Shown in pieces: positions 24,180-39,169 of a stretch of DNA of 64,000 nt. Source of the DNA: Eledone cirrhosa (Eukaryota); contig OZ024740.1 of assembly GCA_964016885.1 (NCBI GenBank), forward strand, positions 358,174,001-358,238,000, given 5' to 3'. The notes under the pieces are model-generated. The model saw nothing but the letters and a program-made list of their open reading frames with translations, had not been told where the DNA came from and ran no database searches. The translations under genes were made by a program, and so were the position numbers. The first letter of the stretch is position 1; the number at the start of each line of letters is the position of its first letter.

Positions 24180-25355
24180 TTATATATTGGGTTTAAAGTT
24201 TTGGAAGGAGTGTCGGAAGCGGTGCTGGCACGACGCAAACACTTCCGATTTTTTATTAAGGAGGTTATGGTTTGAGAAGATTATAGTGTAGGTCTCTAGT
24301 AGACAGAGGTTGCAGAATTTATTAGGTGGTTTGTACGATGCCGCCTTACCTATCACTTCCCATTTAAGTGTATAAGATCTATTTTTAGTTTTTAGATAGT
24401 GTATGTAGCTAGATAGTGAAGTGGAGTTGGCTAGACTGTGTTTTTTGAAAGAATTGAGGTGTGAATTGTATCTGGTTTTGAAGCAGTTCGAAGTAGAGCC
24501 TATATAGGTTTCAGAGGAGTTGCTAGTTATGACGGTGCATGAGTATATGATGTCCTTGATTAAGCAGTTTTTATCTAAGATTCTATTAGATCTACAGTTA
24601 CAATTATTTTGGATGTTAACCTGCCGGTTATTATGTTGTGTAGAAGTCTGGTTGCTAGTTATTACATTATGGCTATGGGGGTTGTCGTTCCCAGCGTTAT
24701 TGCTTACACTAGTGTTATTACTATTATTACTATTGATATCAGGGTTTGTAGATATAACGTTGTTTAGAAGGTTTACCTCCTGTCGTGTTTTAGTTTGTTG
24801 GAAGTAAGTATTAATTTTTCTTTTATTGCTACTAGCTATGTGGTATGCTATGTTAGAGTAGGAGATTTTAATTGTGTTTTTGTTTATAAGACTATGGTAC
24901 TTGTGGCCAGATGGGAAGTTTTTATCCAGGAGTGAGAAGAAAACCTTAGGTAGGTTGGTAGAGACGTTTAGATTGAAAGGTGGGTTGAAAAATGTATTAT
25001 TTCTTCTTCTATTTTTGTTTTTTATGTCTGGTGCGATGCTTCCGTTTATGATATTTTGGTGACTTCTGTGGTGTGGGTTACGTTTGTTGCCACTCTTCGT
25101 ACTAGTGTGTGTGTGGTTATTACTCCTATTACTATTTTTCCTCATGGACATATTGTGCGAAATAATGTTGTAACTATCTGTTTTTGTAGGTAGGAACTCG
25201 ATCTCATTATTATGGCCTGATCTAGCTAATGCCTGATTATAATATTGTGAGTTTTTGCTAAATATGTTTTCGTCATAAGATAGATTAGAGATTCTATTGG
25301 ATATTCCCTTAGAGATAGAGTTTAATATTGATCTAGGGTGGTTAGACTTGGGCAC
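24180..25355 (-). CDS. Penelope-like element ORF C-terminus (RT thumb, Asn-rich linker, GIY-YIG endonuclease)
   Basis: SNHPRSIL, FFNPPFNLNVSTN, CNCR...CLIKDIIY...YIGST...FKTRYNSH, CNLCLLE, LLNKKSE. The downstream sequence 23925-24035 has an inverted homologue at 22330-22435. Confidence 0.88.
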   Translation of the reverse strand: MPKSNHPRSILNSISKGISNRISNLSYDENIFSKNSQYYNQALARSGHNNEIEFLPTKTDSYNIISHNMSMRKNSNRSNNHTHTSTKSGNKRNPHHRSHQNIINGSIAPDIKNKNRRRNNTFFNPPFNLNVSTNLPKVFFSLLDKNFPSGHKYHSLINKNTIKISYSNIAYHIASSNKRKINTYFQQTKTRQEVNLLNNVISTNPDINSNNSNNTSVSNNAGNDNPHSHNVITSNQTSTQHNNRQVNIQNNCNCRSNRILDKNCLIKDIIYSCTVITSNSSETYIGSTSNCFKTRYNSHLNSFKKHSLANSTSLSSYIHYLKTKNRSYTLKWEVIGKAASYKPPNKFCNLCLLETYTIIFSNHNLLNKKSEVFASCQHRFRHSFQNFKPNI

Positions 25356-26659
25356 CTACTTTTGGGGTAATTACTTTCAACTGCTTATATAGTAGTTGAG
25401 GGTGGTTATACTAGGGGTGGGTGTTCATGGGGTATCACTTATAATTATGCAATACAGTCTATGTAAGCTTTAAACACCAGATTCGACAATGAATTACTTA
25501 TGCAAATGTATTTGTATGTATGGAGTGATAACATTGGATATATATAAGATTAATTTATTAACATAAGAGATCTGTATAACCTATATATTGAGTGCAATGG
25601 ATTGTGTGGGAATGGGAAGTGAGTTATATATGCAAGTACAGCTTGATGGATAGATTAATGTCATCGTAAATGAGGGATGTTTTTGTCTGCCATGGAGATG
25701 TATTTGGATTTGCCATGCAGACAGCCAAACGCTGCTCCAGAACTTACCAGGGGTTATGTAGACATAGTACTAATAGGTCCCCTGACATGTTCTGTGAGTA
25801 GACTACATTTGCAAGGAACTTTGATATAAAGATGTGGCTTTTTGTATGGAATGCCCAGCTGTAGCACTCTATGATAGGGAGTAATCATCCTAATATAAAT
25901 ACCTTTAGTACATCATGATAGAGTAGACTGTTTAAAATTGGAAACTGGATATAAATATATAACCGTCTATATAAGGGACTCAATTGAGACACCTTATAAT
26001 GTATGTTAGAACAATAATTTAGTTATGAAAATCAGCTAGTTACCTCCCCTTACGCATAAACCCCCCTTAATTACACACATACTTCCGGATAATAAACCGA
26101 TGTAAATTCTCCCAACAGAAACAACCTACTCTGTAAAATTGGATGAAAGAACACTGAGCCGCAATAAGCTAAAATAATTTAATTTAATGCATCAAACATC
26201 CAATACGGAATCATCGTTACTAATGTGATGGATGTATAGACTATATATTACATTTCCTGAATGTGAAAATGGTGGTGGATACGAAAACCATAACTCTCTT
26301 TTGCTTCTCCTTTCTATTTCTATTTTTCTGCACACATACTTTTTTATCATATACAAAAAATACCTTACCACTGCAACCTCCATAATACTCTTACTTACCC
26401 ACGTAAAGTGCTTGTATTACATGTAACACCCTGCCACACAATAATCATATATAAATGAGACACACATAACTAACGTATATAATAACTACTACATCTGACT
26501 AACAAACTATCCTCTTGCATTGTTAACTGCCGAATGTATTTTAATTTTGATATTGATCTTGACTTTGAATTTGAATTGCTATACGGAAGTAATATAATAT
26601 AATATATGTCACTGTACATCAATATATACATATGTATCTGTCTGTCTCTTGCATTGGAA

Positions 26660-26935
26660 AGGAGGTCAATCATGTGTACAAACATTGAAAAATGCTCCGA
26701 AGACTCCAAACCGAAGTTTGGATGGAGCAATTGTAAGTTAATAAATGGTTTGAACATAGCTTTGATTCTTGTGAATTCTATATAACTGCTATGTAGAACA
26801 ACTGATGTTATTACATTGAGCTTACTGGTAATAAGGTAGTAATTAATTACTGACCTTCACTGTTTAGGGTTGAAAATATATATAACTATAAAAAGTTTTA
26901 GTATATACATAACCATAAATAGTATCCTTAATATT
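26660..26935 (+). mobile_element. Older pLTR copy of the 41383-42170 family with decayed HHR (26693-26739)
   Basis: TGCT-CCGAAGA-cTCCAAAC-cgaa-GTTTGGA-t-GGAGC-AATT-GTA; the following ~200 bp align with 41975-42170. Confidence 0.7.
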
Positions 26936-27119
26936 ATATATATATATATATATATATTAGAAAAGGGAACTAAGGTTCTATACAAAACAGTGGATATAGA
27001 GAAAAGGTGAAGTTGGAAATAGCATGGAAAATATATTTTAGGGTCTGTTTTTCTTTTTTTATCCTTTCTTTGATTCGTCAAAGTGACATTATTGAAAAGA
27101 TGACATTATTGAAAAAAAT

Positions 27120-28362
<1,243 letters not shown>

Positions 28363-28399
28363 ATATATATATCTATATATATATATATATATATATATA

Positions 28400-28461
<62 letters not shown>

Positions 28462-28730
28462 GATATAGATATATATATATATATACATATATATATAATA
28501 TATATATATATTTGATATATATTTATATATTTATCCTTATCGAGCCTTCTTTGGATTTTAGTCTTCAAATTTATTATTATTACTATATAATCAATTTATT
28601 ATTATTACTATATAATCATTGTAAGTTTGAATCTGACATGCATATATGACCCATGTGGTCCTTGGGCACCCTCAGTTTGATATGCCTGGGTTAGGAGACC
28701 TGAAGTAACAGTATTTTTTCTAACCACTGA

Positions 28731-28798
28731 GCATTTTATAAATCCATACATTTTCACTTTCAACCTAGAAAGTGAAAATATATGGATTTATAAAATGC
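28731..28798. repeat. 68-nt hairpin, 31-bp stem with one mismatch
   Basis: GCATTTTATAAATCCATACATTTTCACTTTC-aaccta-GAAAGTGAAAATATATGGATTTATAAAATGC. Confidence 0.9.
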
Positions 28799-28999
28799 CC
28801 AACAAACGTGGTATGACACTACGGTGTTCCGTTTATCTAAAACTACATTATTCAATATTTCCTTTTTGGGATTTGATTTCATGTAAAACTGATTGCGATT
28901 TCTAACTGGATAATCTCATCCTTTTTTTCATATACATTGTATTTGGGATCACATAATCGAATGTCTTGTTTTAAAAGACGACAAATGTGTTATTTAAAG

Positions 29000-29074
29000 A
29001 AGAGTTAGCTGCTGTTGTAGGTCAAACCAGCACGTTGGAACTGTTTCGCCAGTGAACTCGTCGGAGACGGCAGA
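29000..29074 (+). CDS. Possible 75-nt host exon (RVSCCCRSNQHVGTVSPVNSSETA)
   Basis: tatttaaag| ... GA|gtatgt with an open frame, phase-compatible with the candidate exon at 2450-2592. The acceptor is weak. Confidence 0.2.
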
Positions 29075-29898
29075 GTATGTTAGTCAACAACCCTAGATCT
29101 CGCGTAGTCGCTGTAACTGCCTTGAGCCTAATCCCTTTTCTTTTTAATGACATCATGTTGTTTATTTAAGAAGCTTTCATCATTTACACCTCTATTTACT
29201 TTAAGTAGTTCTAATGTGTACATTGTCAATGCTTTTGTCAACACTTCACTTAGTCATCATCATCAACATCATCATCATGACTGCAAGCATATTCAACATC
29301 GCTATTACTTCCACTACCACCACCACCATGCCCACAACGCCCACCATCGTCAGCAGCATCAACAGATCCACTAACACTATCACCATCACTAATCCACTTC
29401 AGTTTCAGCAGCAGCACACCGCCACTATATCATCAACAACACTATGACCACCACCACATCATCGCTAACTTGGTCATGATGTCGATGGTTTGTATTTATT
29501 TGATTTGTTAGTCTCCATATTTGCATATTCCTATCAATTCGACTAAGCTACAATGTTGTCCCTCTCAGCCATTATTGCGCTGTGTCAATTTTCTCACCAG
29601 ATCCAATTATCTTATATCAACTTAAAGGAACAAAACGTCTGTCTACTTCAATATCCTTTCTTAGTTTTAATGTCTTCCTCTAGATTTCCGAAAAGCTTCT
29701 TCACCACAAGACAGGTAAACAGGAAATATGTGTTCCATGTCCTTCATAGAACATTCCTTGTGTGGAATGGAATGCCTTGAGTATTCCAATGCGATGAGCA
29801 TCCCAGTTATTCAATAAACAGAACTTGCTCATGAAATTAACGTGTAAGTGTCTGAGCATTCTACAGACATTGTACGATTAACGTAATTCTCAGAAAGA

Positions 29899-30352
29899 TT
29901 TGCATATCGAGTGAGTTAGTCGGCCGGGTGTACCGTAAACGATAAATGGAAAAAAACTAACTCACTCGATATGCAAATTAGGCTGCTCAGCCGTTAATAT
30001 GCATAAGGAAAGTATATACTTTCAAACGTTCAATCGACTGACAGGAAGGTATACGGTGCTGATGACAGCTAATAAGCTAGAAACTAGTTCATCGTTCCTT
30101 TGTCAGTGTTGAACAAAAAGGTAACGATAGTTGCCGAACACTGTACGGCTAATAATTCGGGCTGTTTGTTTACAAACAAACCGAGCATTATAATAAATGT
30201 TCGGTAAACCCATACGTACATATATATATGTGTGCATGTATGTATATATATATACATACTACTGTACGTCTGTATACATATATGTATGTACGTATACATA
30301 CTGATATTTAAGTATCAGCCGTACTAAGAGTGAGAAATGAAATTTCATTTTT
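29899..30352 (+). mobile_element. Non-coding HHR element (retrozyme-like), copy 1; HHR at 30053-30095
   Basis: ACGGTG-CTGATGA-cAGCT-aata-AGCTa-GAAAC-TA-GTT^CATCGT. Homologous to 63416-63980 (minus); the first ~57 bp are inverted. Confidence 0.8.
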
Positions 30353-30353
30353 G

Positions 30354-30394
<41 letters not shown>

Positions 30395-30559
30395 ACGTCG
30401 TATAAAATGCTTTACGGTATTCTTCCCACCCCATTGCGCGCTCTGAGTTCAAATCCCACCATGGTCAACTTTGCCTTTCATCCTTTCAATGTCGATAAAA
30501 AAATGTACCAGTCCAGTATGGGGGTCGATTCTTCCTCTATAGAAAAAAAGCAACTGTGT

Positions 30560-30619
30560 TCAGACCTGAAGAGGGTTGGGCTCCGCCAGGTTTAAAAGTG
30601 CCCTCGACACGCCGTTTGA
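30560..30619 (+). ncRNA. Degenerate minimal hammerhead motif
   Basis: TCAGAC-CTGAAGA-GGG...CCC-tc-GACACGCC^GTTTGA; 6-bp stem I, two core substitutions relative to GAAACGTC. Confidence 0.45.
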
Positions 30620-30692
30620 CGGTGCCTCAACGACTCCACAAGGAGTTATGGGATCTTTTCCCTTTAATCCTTATATATATATATATATATAT

Positions 30693-30952
30693 ATATTGTT
30701 ATACTTTGGGAGGGTCATGTTGCCAATAAGAAACACACACACCAGTTGCTTTCACTTCAATTTATTATAAATTAAATTTATAAATTTAGGAATTCATAAA
30801 TTTCCGGTTGGTTGGCTGGTTCCACAACCAGATGATTGTTCATATATTGTCAAAGTTCTTTCGTCACACATTCTGTGACCTCTTCAGTGACTGGGGATTC
30901 TTTTCTTTGTTTTTGTGCCTCTCCTTTGATCTGTCCTACGCCATCTTGTTTT

Positions 30953-30955
<3 letters not shown>
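30693..30955 (-). mobile_element. Naiad-like pLTR copy with HHR at 30849-30891
   Basis: Near-identical to 16091-16343; within (TA)n. Confidence 0.8.
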
Positions 30956-31006
<51 letters not shown>

Positions 31007-31205
31007 CCGTAGCGTTAACAGCCTAATTCGGAATAGAGGCTTATATGAAAGCATATACAATATGCTTATGTATAATGATGCTGTGATTATCACTCAGTTA
31101 CCTCAATAACTGTGTAATATACTATTTCAGGATTTATTAATTCATTATCAGTGATATGAACTCCCTCGGCATTAAGATATGTAGATAGATGGAGATAGAT
31201 AGATA

Positions 31206-31401
31206 CAGGGGCGGTGGAACTGGATGGGCCAGGGACACCAATTATATTTTTCTTCCCAAACTACAAAAAAACATCTATTTTTATCGCATATCGAAGTTTA
31301 TTATTATTATTGATATTTGATAACATCTAAACTAATCACTACAACTAAATTGATCAAATTTGCCCCTCCTCCCCAATTCAGAAATGCTTCCGCCGCCCCT
31401 G
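31206..31401. mobile_element. MITE with CAGGGGCGG terminal inverted repeats
   Basis: CAGGGGCGGTGGAA...TTCCGCCGCCCCTG; related copy in the opposite orientation at 57624-57874. Confidence 0.75.
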
Positions 31402-32340
31402 ATTATATATATCATCATCATCATCATCACCGTTTTACGTCCATTCTTCCACGCTAACATGGGTTAGACGGGTTGTCCTGTTGTAACACCAACCTCATTT
31501 ACAGTGAGTGCTGGGTGCTTTTTTCCGTGGCGCTTACACGTCCACTTTACAGTGTGGGCCGGGTGCTTTTTTGTCGTGGCACCTCCACGACCACTTTGCA
31601 GTTGGGGGGAGGGGCATATTGTCTATATGCTTCAGCTTCGGCTTGTACCCATGGGGGGTCGGGTCTTCTGTATTACTGCGTGACGCTACAGGTCATGACA
31701 CATAATACAGGTATGGAAATCTTTATTTGCATATAGTGAGAACTTTATAGGATGGTGTCAATTATCGGTAGCATTAAGACGTACCGTGTAGTGAGGTCGA
31801 ACCTGGATCTTTTATTAATTTCATTCATTGGACTCTGGGTAGGTTAGGGTATCATATTCAAATGCCTAGTTTATTTATTATATTGGTACTTTTATTTTAT
31901 TGTCTTCGGAATAAGAAAACAATCGAAGTCAATGTGAGCGAAAATAAACTCGGAAAGATTACATGCAACTAAATGTTGTAAAGTAATGTGTTCGCCGAGC
32001 CAACGATTCTGCCAACGCCATATAGTTTTATCATATTAGTTTTATCTTGTTCTAAGACCGAGGAAAAGGAAATGAAGTGTTTTTATATTATCTAAATATA
32101 TCGAAATGAAATAGGAATCTGATTTAAAAGCCAACAAAACATTCTTAATGCGATATTAATGCTTGGTTGTCTGAATCATTTATAAAAGGAGCAAATAATT
32201 GTTTTTACTTTTAGCCAGCAATTATTCCAGTGCATTACTGGTACTTTATTTTATCGACCCCGTAAGGATGAAAGGCAAAATTAACCTCGGCGGGATTAAA
32301 GGAGCAAATGATAACTACAAAACACACACATACATATACC

Positions 32341-32383
<43 letters not shown>

Positions 32384-32408
32384 CTATACATACACACACA
32401 CACACACT

Positions 32409-32471
<63 letters not shown>

Positions 32472-32714
32472 TAGTTCAAGAATAAACATGACAAACATAT
32501 GCAAAAACATTCTTTAGGTTCACACACAACACACACACACTCACATATATTTGTTAAACAAATTTCAATTTCTTTGCTTTAAAACAATTTTGTTACTGTG
32601 CTGCAAAGATTTAATGTATAAAGTTGATATCTTCTGTTACTATATCTCTAATGAAAGATACTGCCTATAGAATTTAAAATAATCAACAATCGGAAGGGAT
32701 GGTTTTGCTGTTAT

Positions 32715-32870
32715 TGTTGCTTCTTCTTCTTGAGAGGGTCGTAGATGCAGAGTTCTCAGACACGCTTTGTAGAGGGTCTTATCTGAAGCAACCGTTTCTA
32801 AATGATGCGGCAGGTTCCCCAAACGAGACCAACCAAGCTTATGGATGTTATCCCAACATGCTGCTCGGGG
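32715..32870 (-). repeat. Unclassified dispersed repeat ending in (AAG)n
   Basis: Homologous in inverted orientation to 43610-43795. Confidence 0.6.
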
Positions 32871-34223
32871 GCTGGGGTGGGGATGAATCTGAAATAAGCG
32901 GATGGGGGGGGGGGGGGGGGGGGGGCTGAAAAACAGTTTTCCTAGGTTGTCTCCGTTGATATTTTTAAAAACCAGAATTGGTTGATTAGTTTACGTATTG
33001 AGACTCCAACCCATCCTATATATGAGATTTCTAATGTACTTTTTTGTCATGTATGTTTTTTAATGTATAAAGAAAATTAATTGTATGAGCGGTGCAGGGA
33101 TGGGGGCAGGGAACATCTGAAAAAATTAAGCGGGTGCGGGGACTATTCGAGAGCCGAGAGTACCTGAGGGTCTCCTTTGCTCGTAAAATCTGTCCAGCAA
33201 TTCTTTCCTGAGACATTCTAGCTAAGTTTTCGTTTCTAGAGATATTCAACTGTGTTCAATATTTTATATATAAAACAAAAATCAAAGATAATCAAACAAA
33301 CCAATTACCCTACGATATATATATTCTTTAGTTATTTTGTTTAAAACATCACGGTCAAGGCCATGCTGGAGCAATATGATTCAGAATTAGGTCGGAAATA
33401 TACTTACGTTTAGTCTGTTAAGTGTTTTAAACTGGCAATCAATAAACAGTAAAATCTAAGAAAATAATCCGGCACTTCTAGCAAATATGAACGTTATTCC
33501 GATATAAGAAACGGCGAAGACTAAATTTTATGGTGTGTGTGTTCAAATAAGTATATGATTAATGAGTGAGTGAGGGGACAATAAATCGACACTTTATTCA
33601 TATATGTAGTGTATGTGTGTATGTGTATATATGTATGTGTGTGTAATGGGGTGAGGGTCGGTTCTCATACACACATACATATACATATGTTTATAAATAT
33701 ACACTTACATTATATATAAGGGCTTGATGAAGGGGTGTTGTGGTTTGAAGCTTGTTCGAAGTAATATTGTTTATGTATCAAACATCTGGTCAAATACTTC
33801 TTTAAACAATAGCAGAACTAGTGGGTGTTGGAGCAGGAACCTTTTAGCTCGGCACAAGAAGTAAACATTGACCCCGGGTGGTCAGTGACAGGAAATAAAA
33901 GATTTAAACACAATTACACACACACACACACATACATATACATACACACACACACAAACATACATGCGCACTTACACATGCACATATATACACACTCATA
34001 CATACACACACATACACACACACGCACATACTTACACACACACACAAACATACATAAAGAGTAAAAAAATAAACACCGTATTTAAAGTAGTCCTTAAAGA
34101 GGGTGTCCAGAGAGGTGAAATGTGGAATGTTCTACAATTAGATACACAAACTACTTTGTTTTTATATCAGTTAACCATTACGAATTCTCTGACCTTTTTA
34201 AGCACAGATTATATAAAAAGGGT

Positions 34224-34405
34224 CGGTGGATTGGCAGTATCGGTAGAGGGTCGGATGCCATGCTTTCCAGCATAGTTACGTCCCTTTACGATCTGAGTTC
34301 AAATCCCGCCGAGGTTGACTTTGCCTTTCATCCTTACGGGGTCGATAAAATAAAGTACCAGTAATGCACTTGGTAATTGCTGGCCTTGTGCCTAAAGTAG
34401 AAACA
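34224..34405 (+). mobile_element. Nin/Deu-core SINE with 16-bp TSD
   Basis: TSD ATTATATAAAAAGGGT at 34208 and 34406. Confidence 0.9.
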
Positions 34406-34546
34406 ATTATATAAAAAGGGTGATGTGCTCAAGCGCATAGATGCTATAAAACAGCATACAACGGCTTCTTTTCCCGTCTTCTAAGGGTCTTCACCCCATT
34501 TTAGAGCATCTATGCGCTTGGGCATATCATCCTTTATAATTATATG

Positions 34547-34611
<65 letters not shown>

Positions 34612-34618
<7 letters not shown>

Positions 34619-34762
34619 CAACAGTGACATAAACAGGTACTCAAGTTTCGCTGGGTTCTGGGCCCCAATTCGTTCAGCTTGTCAGGATTTTTCTTATGAC
34701 AGGCTGAACGAATTGGGGCCCAACGAAACTTGGGTACCTGTTTATGTCACTGTTGTAATTAT
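34612..34762. ncRNA. 151-bp foldback of two divergent HHR variants (34633-34682 minus; 34699-34741 plus)
   Basis: ACAGG-CTGAACGA-aTTGG-ggc-CCAAc-GAAAC-ttgg-GTA^CCTGT and its inverted sister; both have a 1-nt insertion in the CUGANGA box. Confidence 0.72.
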
Positions 34763-35149
34763 TTATACTAAACTCGTCCTATGGACTGGGTGCTCTTACT
34801 CTTGGATATTTCCACTTAACTTTTACTTCAGTATATGACGATAAAAATGTATTTCATTTAGTCAGTTTTTTTAACATAAGCTATTATAACACACAGGGTA
34901 GCAGATTGCTAGACTCGTTAGAGCGTCAAACAAAATACTTTACAGCATTTAACTATGCTCAAATCCTGTCAAGGTCACCTTTGCCTTTCATCTTTCTGAG
35001 TTCGATAAAAGTACTAGTTATGTACTGGTGTCGATATAACGGACACCCTCCTCAGCAAAACTACAGATCCTGTGCCGCAATTTCAAATAACTATTTCTAA
35101 CACAAAGTTTATTTTTTGGATTTCGTACTTTGTGACTACGAAACTAGAT

Positions 35150-35432
35150 TAATTGTTTCTACGTTAGGCACAAGGCCAGCAATTACCCAGTGTATTACTG
35201 GTACTTTATTTTATCGACCCCGTAAGGATGAAAGGCAAAGTTAACCTCAGCGGGATTTGAACTCAGAATGGCAACTAGATTAATAGACCCTCATTATAGT
35301 CATTATTTTTAACGGACCCGTTCAAATCCCGCCGAGGTTGACTTTGCCTTTCATCCTTACGAGGTCGATAAAATAAAGTACCAGTAATGCACTGGCATAA
35401 TTGATGGCCTTGTGCCAAAAGTAGAAACAATT
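35150..35432. mobile_element. Two 5'-truncated Nin/Deu SINEs head-to-head
   Basis: 35150-35272 (minus; TSD AACTAGATTAAT) and 35320-35432 (plus; TSD ATTATTTTTAACGGACC). Confidence 0.85.
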
Positions 35433-36064
35433 ATTTTTAACGGACCTATATCGAAGAATTAATAGGTATATACGCGAGATAGGGTAGGGTTTGGATAGGA
35501 AGGTGTGGTGGTCAACTGTAGGAGTGGTCTATCGACTGGCTATACTTTGAATCGCTAGGGATTAGGATAAAGGAAGTGGAGGTGATCAAAGAGAGTGGTA
35601 GTATCAACGATAGAGGGTGTTTAATGTCTACGTGGTTGATGTCTTGGCAGGAATTGAGTGACCTCTAGAGGCCATTGAATGAGGAGAGATACCATGTTTA
35701 AAAAAGAGGAGAGAGAGAGGCAGACAGAAGCGAAAAGGGGTAAATAAACGCTGGTGACAAAACAAATAAAATAAAGTGGAAGTAGATCAATAAACAAGTG
35801 ACAGAATGAGCGTTTAGTGGTTAGTATTGTTACTAGAATCATCATCATCACCACTACAACTCAGGGCTGTTTTTGTCCTTTTGTGGCCAATAAAAGAAAT
35901 TATGATTATCATTATCAATAGTATTAATATTAGTGTTATTATTTAACTTTGCATATTCATCCTTACGGGGTCGATAAAATAAACTACCAGTAATGTACTG
36001 GAGTCGTCTTTCCCCTCCCCTTCAAATTGCTGGCCTTGTGTCTAAAGTAGATTCAATTATTTAT

Positions 36065-36120
36065 ATTTTTATCATTATTATTATCATCATCATCATTGTC
36101 TTCATCGCCATAACCACCAC

Positions 36121-36153
<33 letters not shown>

Positions 36154-36431
36154 TGTCTTCATCGCCATAACCACCATCATCATCACCACCACTACCACAA
36201 CCCTCCTCCTCCTCCTCCTCCTCCTCCTCCTCCTCCTCCTCCTCCTCCTCCTCCAGGGAAAGTTATTGAATCATAAGCTCGGGAAGAATCCTGTACAATT
36301 GAAAGTTAATGAAAAATCGTTGAATGAAACGATTGATGGAAAATTATATGATGCCCCTCAAATCAAGAACAATTTCTATAAGGTAATATTACTGAACAAA
36401 TAAAGCATAATGACAAACATCATCATTATCG

Positions 36432-36462
<31 letters not shown>

Positions 36463-36531
36463 CATCACCACCATCACCATCACCATCACCATCACCATCA
36501 TCATCATCATCATAATCATCACCACCATCAC

Positions 36532-36568
<37 letters not shown>

Positions 36569-36570
36569 GG
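36065..36570. repeat. Compound trinucleotide microsatellites (CAT/CAC/CTC)n
   Basis: Direct inspection. Confidence 0.95.
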
Positions 36571-37535
36571 ATCGAAAATAAAGAACTCCAGCTCCATAGA
36601 TTTTAGAGTTAATGAAAAATAGTTTAATGAATGCAAAACTATATAGAATCTTGGATAATTCCCCCAAGTTAAGGATAGTGAACAGGATACAACATTTAGG
36701 CCGTGAAGAAATGTTATCATTAAAACAAAGTAAAAACCGAGGAATGAATTGCGATTTGACTAAACTTTAGAGATATGTTCTCGTAGACGCAACATGGTTG
36801 AATCTGCCTTGTGAGTGAAATTGGGTAGATGAAAACTGTTTGGAAGCCTTGTTATACACTGTGTCGCGCCAAATCTCGTTGAGCAATTCGTTAAGGGTAC
36901 ACGTGTCTGTGGAATGATCAACCACTTGCAAAATAATTTCACGAACAACTGGAACGCTCATCATCGAAACTGACTGAGGTCCATTTCAATCTCATTCCAT
37001 TCTATGGATATGTTCTGTAGTATGGTATAATATCAAAACAAAACACTGTTAATGCACCAATGTTTTATGAATTAATGCACTGGGTAATTGCTGGCCTTGT
37101 GCCTAAAGTAGAAACAATTATATATAAATCGTTCCATATAATTTACTTAAGCCTATGGTAGAGTCTCTGTGAACAGTTAAAGGCATGAAATTCCAACTCA
37201 TAATTGAAAGATTGAATCTAGTCCTGTTGGTCCTACGTTATCTGTCCTCAAATATACTATATATACAGCCACGTAGTCTAGATTTGTGTATTACATACAA
37301 CCATGTGTGTATGTGTGGGTATATATGTGTGTGTGAGCGGACTTGTGAAATACCAAACCCAGCATGAGTCCATTGAAGTGTGTCGGACGGAGAGTAGCTG
37401 ATGGCCAGTTTGGCAGCAAATATTGACCAGAATTTATGATGACGTAGAAAAACAACAGCCAATAGCAAGACAAGGGAGGAAGATGTTTTTTGAAGCTAAC
37501 ACCCCAGTGAGAAAATTTGTTCCGAAAGTATTGCA

Positions 37536-37625
37536 TGTGTCCGAAGAATCTGCAGATCTAGGATCAGACAGATCCATACAATGATCCTGTCTCGAGCTAT
37601 CTGCCGGCGAAACAATTGTAACACA
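37536..37625 (+). ncRNA. Type I hammerhead (CCGAAGA variant) with long stem II
   Basis: TGTGT-CCGAAGA-...GCAGAT...AGACAG-ATC/GATC-CTGTCT...ATCTGC...-GAAAC-AATT-GTA^ACACA, then AATAAA. Confidence 0.75.
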
Positions 37626-37745
37626 CAATAAACTGAGTTCAGATGCATCACTGATTTTTCGTTTTATATTATATCACACTCTGCTCTGTAAGAACATAGA
37701 GTGCTCAACTGGCATACCGCCTATGGAAGCATCATAGCTACCATT

Positions 37746-37843
<98 letters not shown>

Positions 37844-38094
37844 TGTGTACGGAACCTATTCCATTGCTCATAATTTGAATTTGACCGTCATAAACCGGGG
37901 TTAGCTCCCTTTGGAGTAACATGTGCCTTCACAACCGGACTGGCGGCTGAACGAAAGCCTGTTGAGAAAGTAAATCTACTGTTCGATCTTCCAGAAACTT
38001 AACTTGCATACACTGCAAGCGGATTTTGTTGATTTCGGATTTACAGAAACCTAACTGAGATATTGCAAAATATCGAAGTGATGGTCCGGGTTTG

Positions 38095-38950
<856 letters not shown>

Positions 38951-39169
38951 ATATGTATGTATTTTTTCTCGCGAGTCAGTTCTTTGGTTGCTACGGACCC
39001 CGCGGCTGAATTACCAGTCGCTATCTTCAATTTGCAAATTGTATGTTATTACTCTGAGGTTTTATACCTTGTCGAGTGCTTGGCTGCACTTCTGAATGCA
39101 TTCGTCGGCTTAGCTGCGGCCCGAGCTTCGAATATGCTGTACGTCCATTTGTATATATATATATATATA

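Noticed and set aside
25360-26200. Possible further Penelope remnant
   Set aside because: Only faint motif hints (NVVY) across many stops, which is not enough to support a call.
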